Shown here in pieces: positions 22,969 to 28,320 of a stretch of DNA of 28,320 bases. The position numbers were made by a program, and so were the translations under genes. The stretch is from a virus. The notes under the pieces were generated by a model. The model was not told where the DNA came from. It ran no database searches and saw nothing but the letters and a program-made list of their open reading frames with translations. The number at the start of each line of letters is the position of its first letter. The stretch's first letter is position 1. The stretch lies in the IMG/VR virus record IMGVR_UViG_3300014204_000586. One strand, written 5' to 3'.

Positions 22969-24293
22969 TGAATAGTGAGCTTGAAAGTTTCAAAGGTGGA
23001 TTGCCAGGGCACAGGTATATTCAAAGGAATACTTGTTTCTGGAAACACTTTGAAAAACCACAAAAAACAAAAATATTTTACGGTGGGGCGGGCTCCGGTA
23101 AGTCCCTTTCAATAGCTCAATATTTTTTAATGAAACTGTGCTCAAACGATGGCCGAAGAAGGGCAATATTAAGAAAGACATTTCCCTCAATGGCTACTAC
23201 TACATATTTAGTCTTGAAAGATATATTGACTGATTGGGGAGTTCCTTATAAGGAAAATAAAACAAAGCATTTTTTCGAAGTAGGCAGGAATAGACTTTAT
23301 TACCTATCCCTTGACAATCCGGAGAAAATAAAGGGCGGCGAGTTCGAAGACATATGGTTAGAAGAAAGCACGGAATTTACAAAAGATGATTATCTTCAGC
23401 TTAACATCAGGCTATCCAGGGACCGCCTAAGCGAAAATGTACATTTGTTTATGTCCTTTAACCCCATAGATGCTAATCATTGGTGTGTGAAGCTTGTCGA
23501 AGAGGCATTAAACGATAGGAAAAACTTTCTGGTAATGCATTCGACTTATCATGATAATATCAAATTCCTGAGTAATACATTCATAAGAAGTCTTGAAAAG
23601 CTCATCAATACCGATGATAATTATTATAGGATTTATTGTTTAGGCGAGCCAGGTATTCTTAAAAATATCATATACTCAAATTATATAATTGAAAATCCTG
23701 TAGAATGGCCGGATTATATCTATTCGGCTCCTACAGCTTATGGTCTTGACTTCGGGTTTAACCATCCTACGGTATTATCTCAGATCTATATGTTTGATGG
23801 GGTCCCTTACATTATTGAAAAGTACTGTAGGGAGCAGAAAACAACCGAGGAGCTTTATATTTGGATGAATGAAAATGAAATTTCACATACTTCCGAAATA
23901 TGGGCAGATTCGGCCAGACCGGACCAGATAGAATATCTATGTGAAAGTAGGGAAATTGGAGGAATTCAATATCAGGGCTTCAATGTTCTGCCAGCCAAAA
24001 AAGATGTAATAGCAGGCATTGACTCGGTAAAGTCTCGGAGGCTCCATATATCGTCAGAGTCTCCTAGGATCATATCCGAAATAAAGGGCTATAAATACCG
24101 CGAAAATAAAGATGGTGTGGTCCTCGAGGAGCCAGTAAAGTTTAAGGACGATGCAATGGACAGTATTAGATATTGTATCTTTTCTGCCGATTGGATAGAG
24201 GGCGATATAATTACAGAAAACCGTCCAAAAATGAAAAATTCACCTTCAGATGTTTACCAAATCGATAGCGGGAAAGGCGTTTACCAAATGTAA
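22968..24293 (+). CDS. terL: Terminase large subunit (PBSX-like)
   Basis: Walker A YGGAGSGKS, Walker B IWLEESTEF, coupling motif SFNP, RNase H nuclease GLDFGFNHP and DDAMDSIRY. Confidence 0.95.
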   Translation: MNSELESFKGGLPGHRYIQRNTCFWKHFEKPQKTKIFYGGAGSGKSLSIAQYFLMKLCSNDGRRRAILRKTFPSMATTTYLVLKDILTDWGVPYKENKTKHFFEVGRNRLYYLSLDNPEKIKGGEFEDIWLEESTEFTKDDYLQLNIRLSRDRLSENVHLFMSFNPIDANHWCVKLVEEALNDRKNFLVMHSTYHDNIKFLSNTFIRSLEKLINTDDNYYRIYCLGEPGILKNIIYSNYIIENPVEWPDYIYSAPTAYGLDFGFNHPTVLSQIYMFDGVPYIIEKYCREQKTTEELYIWMNENEISHTSEIWADSARPDQIEYLCESREIGGIQYQGFNVLPAKKDVIAGIDSVKSRRLHISSESPRIISEIKGYKYRENKDGVVLEEPVKFKDDAMDSIRYCIFSADWIEGDIITENRPKMKNSPSDVYQIDSGKGVYQM

Positions 24294-24341
24294 CAAATAT
24301 ATACTATGAAGTCATATTATTAATAGTAAGGATGTGAACTT

Positions 24342-24647
24342 ATGGAAGTAAAATTAACCGAGCAGAGTATTATAAATATCATATCTATGGCGGGCTTTAT
24401 AGCGTGTGTTATCGCCTTTATTATAAAGGGGTCTCTAACTCCGGAGTATGTGTTACCCTTGTTCCTGACCTATGTATTACCGTCGCCAATAAGTGACAGG
24501 ATGAAGAACACAAAGATATCAAAAAACACATCAGAAGCCTCTACAGCTTCAGGAGTTAACCAGGTAACAACCAACAATAATGAAGTTGAAATCGAAAGCG
24601 GAGTAATTGAAATTACCGACGGCTCTTTTGAGGGAAAGGCAGAATAA
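24342..24647 (+). CDS. Small membrane protein, holin-like (101 aa)
   Basis: One strong and one shorter hydrophobic segment at the N-terminus, charged hydrophilic C-terminus. Confidence 0.55.
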   Translation: MEVKLTEQSIINIISMAGFIACVIAFIIKGSLTPEYVLPLFLTYVLPSPISDRMKNTKISKNTSEASTASGVNQVTTNNNEVEIESGVIEITDGSFEGKAE

Positions 24648-24747
24648 CCGCTCTTTCCCGACTAACCCAAAAAGGTAAAATGTCAGCTGTGCATATGCAC
24701 CTATTTTATCACAAAACGGACATCTATTTTATTAGATTCGCTCTTAT

Positions 24748-24774
24748 TATAGGGGTAAAGCGTAAACCCCTATA
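24748..24774. promoter_or_regulatory. 9-bp inverted repeat overlapping the portal start codon
   Basis: TATAGGGGT (24748-24756) / ACCCCTATA (24766-24774). The last base is the A of ATG. Confidence 0.55.
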
Positions 24775-26375
24775 TGAGTAAATTGGTCAATGTAAAAGTG
24801 TCACCGGAGACCAGGGACATAATCAGAGAGGCTAAAAGCGAGGGTCAAACCTACGATGATTTATTAAAGGATAGGTGCCAGACATCGGACCGCCTCAATA
24901 AGTCCTCATCCTCCGGAGGCAGGGAAGAAGGTATAGTCTATTTATCAACTTCTGGAACTTCATTCGAGGCAGAGCCTTTTAATATCCAGACCTTAACACG
25001 AATGGTAGAAAATACCTATATCGCTATGAAATTGAACTTAAATAACGTTCTATATTTCCCTAGCGCGTTAAAGGTCGAAGCAAGAAACCCTGAGGATAAA
25101 ATAGACGAAGATGTAACCAACGATATGAAAAATATGGTGGGGGTTATTGGTTGCATAGTCTCTGAAAAGATCAAGCAGGCTAAATATGATACTGATTGCT
25201 ACGGTATAAGCCTATTTAATCCAGTATGGGAAGTTGTCAATGGAGTAGATACTCTGGTATCTATCAGGCATTTGCCGGCGTGGTCCTTTTCTAGGGCTCC
25301 CTCAGGTTACAATAAAACCTATTCTCATCTCCTGCCAGGAGTTACTATAAACCCGAAGTCCGGAGAAGTGGAATATTGGCAGATCCAGGAAGACGGGGAA
25401 CCAATCCAAATAAATAACATCATGACGGTTAAAAACCCAAGGGATGAAGGTTTAGCCGGGGACTCAAAGCTTGCGCCTCTTTATGACTTCATAAATATGG
25501 CAAAATTTGGCTGGAATGTAGAATTACAGGCAATTGCCAGGGCCGGGGCTCCAATCTTCTTTTTAAAGATAACTAAACCTAAAAAGGCAACCGATCAGGG
25601 TACCGGTGGAGTTTCAGATATCTCCCTCGGGAATAAGATATTATCTTCGTGGAGCACATCAAAACAACATCTACTTAGGGAAAATATGGAAGTCGTCGGT
25701 CTACCGATGAACCAGAAGATAAACGTAATTGAAGCCATTGAGCGCATAGAGGCTGTAATAGATAATTACTTTTCAGTAACAAACGAAATCAAATCCGACG
25801 GTAACAGGATCGGAGGCTCTGACCTTTCGGAATTGAAGTTATTAAACCGAGCTATTCAAGGCGCGCATTCGTGGTTAATACCTCCATTCGAAGCCCTATG
25901 TAATGAGTATTTTGTAAGAAACGGTTTTCCGGAAGGCTGGCATGTAAAGCTTTCATATGATGTATGGGAAAGTGACGACAGGGAAGTAAGAATACAGCAG
26001 GTGTTAGCCGGTCTTCAGGGTGATGCTGTGGACCTTGCAGACATCCGGGAAAAACTGGACTTTGATCCAGCCGACGAGGAAAAATTAAAAAGTATTGCAG
26101 AATACAATAAAACAAGGTATTCTTATAAATCGTCAGGTATCCAAACCGAAAACAGCGTTTCAACAACCTCCGGAGACGGCACACCAGATGCGAAAGCCTC
26201 CGATGCAAACAGGAAGAAAGTAAAAGGCACAAATTCAGGCTCGGGAGCCATACTAAATAAACTACCTGTCCAGGGAAACAATGATCTTGATGAGCTAGGC
26301 CAGAAGCTCTATAATGACATAACCGGGGACTTTGAAAAGATGATAGACAGGCTGTCTAAAGTGCTTTCCAAATGA
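24774..26375 (+). CDS. Portal protein with N-terminal RHH-like extension (533 aa)
   Basis: Position between TerL and MuF. Portal-like motifs (YGISLFNPVWE, GDSKLAPLY, LIPPFEALCNEY, DLADIREKLDFDP). Confidence 0.85.
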   Translation: MSKLVNVKVSPETRDIIREAKSEGQTYDDLLKDRCQTSDRLNKSSSSGGREEGIVYLSTSGTSFEAEPFNIQTLTRMVENTYIAMKLNLNNVLYFPSALKVEARNPEDKIDEDVTNDMKNMVGVIGCIVSEKIKQAKYDTDCYGISLFNPVWEVVNGVDTLVSIRHLPAWSFSRAPSGYNKTYSHLLPGVTINPKSGEVEYWQIQEDGEPIQINNIMTVKNPRDEGLAGDSKLAPLYDFINMAKFGWNVELQAIARAGAPIFFLKITKPKKATDQGTGGVSDISLGNKILSSWSTSKQHLLRENMEVVGLPMNQKINVIEAIERIEAVIDNYFSVTNEIKSDGNRIGGSDLSELKLLNRAIQGAHSWLIPPFEALCNEYFVRNGFPEGWHVKLSYDVWESDDREVRIQQVLAGLQGDAVDLADIREKLDFDPADEEKLKSIAEYNKTRYSYKSSGIQTENSVSTTSGDGTPDAKASDANRKKVKGTNSGSGAILNKLPVQGNNDLDELGQKLYNDITGDFEKMIDRLSKVLSK

Positions 26376-26384
26376 GGGTATTAT

Positions 26385-27098
26385 ATGCCGGAAGAATTGA
26401 CCGCTGAGGAGCTGGAAGAGCTCACAGAAGAACAAAGGGACTATATCGAGAAGGTTGTAAGCCTGTTCATAATTGCCTATGCAGGCCGGCTTATAGCTGG
26501 TCATGGAGCCAGGATAATTAAGACTGTTCGTGAAGAGCTCCCAATTATAAAAAGTGTCCAGAAAAAAGCAGGAGTTGAAATTACCGATTTTAAACCAGGT
26601 GATATATCCGGTTGGTCTGCAAGCGAAGTAGAATTCTATAGAAGAATGCTGTTAGATTATGGAGGTACTTATATTGTAAAAAACGGGATATTAGAATTCA
26701 AAGATTGGATGCGAGATCTACAGCCGGCTTTAATCGAGTCAGCCGAAAAAGTAATTATCCAGGCTAAGCAATTCGGATATACTCCTCAGGTACTCAGAGA
26801 GGAGCTTTTAAAGGCATTGGGGAATGAATATAACAATAGGCTATATGTAGGTGCTTATGTAGAATCCAGAGTAATAGAGGACCGGACAAAGCGTGAATTA
26901 TACGCCGATACCGGAATTAATTATGTAGTATGGTACACTCAAAAAGATTCAAGAGTAAGGCCAACTCATCAAGAAAGGCAAGGGAAAATATATTTATTAG
27001 CCGAATGTCCGAGTTTAGGAGAACCGGGCTGTAGATGTTGGATTTATCCTTACACATCAAAAAACAGTCTAATGATTTCTACGGGCGGTCCAGAATAA
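26385..27098 (+). CDS. MuF / SPP1 gp7-like minor head morphogenesis protein
   Basis: VWYTQKDSRVRPTHQERQGKIY...EPGCRCWIYP signature, directly after portal. Confidence 0.88.
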   Translation: MPEELTAEELEELTEEQRDYIEKVVSLFIIAYAGRLIAGHGARIIKTVREELPIIKSVQKKAGVEITDFKPGDISGWSASEVEFYRRMLLDYGGTYIVKNGILEFKDWMRDLQPALIESAEKVIIQAKQFGYTPQVLREELLKALGNEYNNRLYVGAYVESRVIEDRTKRELYADTGINYVVWYTQKDSRVRPTHQERQGKIYLLAECPSLGEPGCRCWIYPYTSKNSLMISTGGPE

Positions 27099-27126
27099 AA
27101 AAGAATTAAAAAATATATAATTGAGA

Positions 27127-27228
27127 TCAATACTGTTTTTCAAAGAGCTCTTTAAGCTCCTCACTTTTTTTATGTCTCAATGCATCATACACGATATAAG
27201 CCAGGAACATTACGTATTTAATGTTCAT
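27127..27228 (-). CDS. Small protein (33 aa, MNIKYVMFLAYIVYDALRHKKSEELKELFEKQY); not in the ORF track
   Basis: ATGA overlap with the upstream gene stop. Confidence 0.5.
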   Translation of the reverse strand: MNIKYVMFLAYIVYDALRHKKSEELKELFEKQY

Positions 27229-27428
27229 TCCAAAACCGACTCCTCGAATTTTTTAAAAGGTACAATTTTATTTGGATCTATGTGTTTGAATATTGGCCGT
27301 TTAAAGGTTCTCCCACAGCAGATACATTTATAATTATGCTGCCGGGGAGAATGTGCAACATTGACAGACCCGCAAACGGGGCACGTTTTTCTATCCCGTT
27401 CGCTGTCGTCTTTCCGTATACCTCGCAT
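27225..27428 (-). CDS. Zinc-ribbon protein (67 aa)
   Basis: CPVCGS...YKCICCGRTF motif, GGTGA SD. Confidence 0.75.
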   Translation of the reverse strand: MRGIRKDDSERDRKTCPVCGSVNVAHSPRQHNYKCICCGRTFKRPIFKHIDPNKIVPFKKFEESVLE

Positions 27429-27432
27429 AATA

Positions 27433-27600
27433 TCACCAATTAGGACAGGTTACAAAACAAGCCTCATCATCACAGTCTATTTTCTCGATACCTGCCTCAG
27501 TAGGTGGAACATAAAGCCCTAGTTTTCGGCGATACCCTGCACATCTTTGGTTAAAAGGCTCGTATTCCTTTTCACTATCGGTTAACTCGAATTCACTCAT
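27433..27600 (-). CDS. Small acidic Cys-containing protein (55 aa, MSEFELTDSEKEY...DCDDEACFVTCPNW); not in the ORF track
   Basis: GAGGT SD, ATGA overlap with the upstream stop, fills the gap. Confidence 0.6.
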   Translation of the reverse strand: MSEFELTDSEKEYEPFNQRCAGYRRKLGLYVPPTEAGIEKIDCDDEACFVTCPNW

Positions 27601-27755
27601 GATCTAACCTCTTTAATTTTCTCAGCGGCGTTTCTATATGCCTCTTCACGTCCAACATTTAAATAAAATTGTTCGGTCCCTTCAGACAGTTTAGAGGCTT
27701 CTTTCATCAGGTCGGCCATTCTTAAAAGCCAGCTTTGAAAGTCACACATATCCAT
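27597..27755 (-). CDS. Small helical protein (52 aa, MDMCDFQSWLLRMADLMKEASKLSEGTEQFYLNVGREEAYRNAAEKIKEVRS); not in the ORF track
   Basis: GGAG SD, TAATG coupling, fills the gap. Confidence 0.65.
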   Translation of the reverse strand: MDMCDFQSWLLRMADLMKEASKLSEGTEQFYLNVGREEAYRNAAEKIKEVRS

Positions 27756-27856
27756 TATTTCAGTCTCCATCTTCTGTAACTATCGGTAACCATTTGGGAC
27801 AGTTTCCAACCGATCACAATACCAGTAGAACACACCAGGCAATATATAAAGCTCAT
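27755..27856 (-). CDS. Small membrane-anchored protein (33 aa, MSFIYCLVCSTGIVIGWKLSQMVTDSYRRWRLK); not in the ORF track
   Basis: GGTGA SD, TATA-like TTTATAT upstream, hydrophobic N-terminus and basic tail. Confidence 0.6.
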   Translation of the reverse strand: MSFIYCLVCSTGIVIGWKLSQMVTDSYRRWRLK

Positions 27857-27902
27857 AAAATCACCATTATAATTTACGTCCCATTAATATAAATGGTTCT
27901 GC

Positions 27903-28127
27903 CTATAGTATCATGTCTGTAGTTTCCGGGTTATTCATCCTCTTTGCAAAGTTATAACTCTGGATTGCCGGGAATACAAAGCAGCACGGCAAGAACAACC
28001 AGAGCAAAGGTATGGTCAAGCACATTAGAAAGCATATGAACGTCATAGCGGCTTTTCGAGGGAATCCCAGGGCAAGTAGTCCAAGACCGGGAATAATGTT
28101 CATTAGAGAGGCTGTCAGTGGCTTCAT
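27903..28127 (-). CDS. Small membrane protein (74 aa)
   Basis: NIIPGLGLLALG motif plus two hydrophobic segments. The only called gene ending in TAG. Confidence 0.65.
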   Translation of the reverse strand: MKPLTASLMNIIPGLGLLALGFPRKAAMTFICFLMCLTIPLLWLFLPCCFVFPAIQSYNFAKRMNNPETTDMIL

Positions 28128-28146
28128 TATTTATCAGCTCCATATA

Positions 28147-28320
28147 TCACACGTTGAATTTTTCTTTCAGTTTAAAGACTATGTCTTTATCCTTTTCCAT
28201 AATTGTAAGTTCAGTGGTTCCAGTCGGCCAATCATCTGCAGAAACTTCGTAAAAAATATCTGCAAGCTTCAGAGCACAGTAAAACTCATCTACACAAGGA
28301 TTGATAGAACTAACCCAACA
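28147..28320 (-). CDS. 3' part of a hypothetical protein (partial, ...CWVSSINPCVDEFYCALKLADIFYEV...KLKEKFNV*)
   Basis: Open from the window edge to TGA at 28149-28147. Confidence 0.55.
   Translation of the reverse strand, partial: CWVSSINPCVDEFYCALKLADIFYEVSADDWPTGTTELTIMEKDKDIVFKLKEKFNV

Noticed and set aside
22968-24293. Intein or intron in terL
   Set aside because: The length (441 aa) and continuous ATPase and nuclease motifs leave no room for an insertion.
27867-27905. Pyrrolysine read-through at the single TAG stop
   Set aside because: Read-through adds only 11 residues after the Pyl position before TAA, with no motif. Nothing suggests function.
27952-28143. Alternative 63-aa minus-strand ORF overlapping the 74-aa membrane gene
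   Set aside because: The 74-aa frame has a recognisable PGLG membrane motif and its own GGAG upstream. The alternative has no features, though it cannot be fully excluded.

Overview
This 28.3-kb window is a piece of an archaeal tailed dsDNA virus or provirus (Caudoviricetes). It is probably a siphovirus: tube, chaperones, tape measure and Dit/hub genes are present, but no sheath. The host is most likely Methanosarcina-like, inferred from GGTGA/GGAGG Shine-Dalgarno motifs, TATA-type promoters, two beta-helix proteins resembling Methanosarcina disaggregatase-related proteins, no pseudomurein endoisopeptidase, and only 1 UAG stop in 43 called genes. Layout: 1-11963 (+) neck and tail operon (head closure, HK97 gp10-like, tail terminator, tube, chaperone G/GT with a -1 frameshift, tape measure, a 1870-aa multidomain Dit-like adhesin, hub/Tal). 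12138-14108 (-) four unknown genes. A dyad-symmetric bidirectional promoter at about 14144-14188. 14222-21530 (+) a run of regulators, free-standing paralogs of tail modules and small unknown proteins. 21531-22431 a non-coding region with hairpins, AT-rich repeats and palindromic operators. 22432-27098 (+) TerS, TerL, a membrane protein, portal and MuF-like minor head protein. 27127-28320 (-) small genes. No major capsid, protease, integrase, replication, tRNA, CRISPR or reverse transcriptase gene is visible. Top leads: a paired virion-bound and free-standing disaggregatase-like (putative methanochondroitin depolymerase) system; a nested Dit adhesin; a portal fused to an RHH-like domain; a five-copy TCCANTGGA operator; and a putative sRNA cluster. 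All family assignments come from motif recognition by eye, not from database searches.
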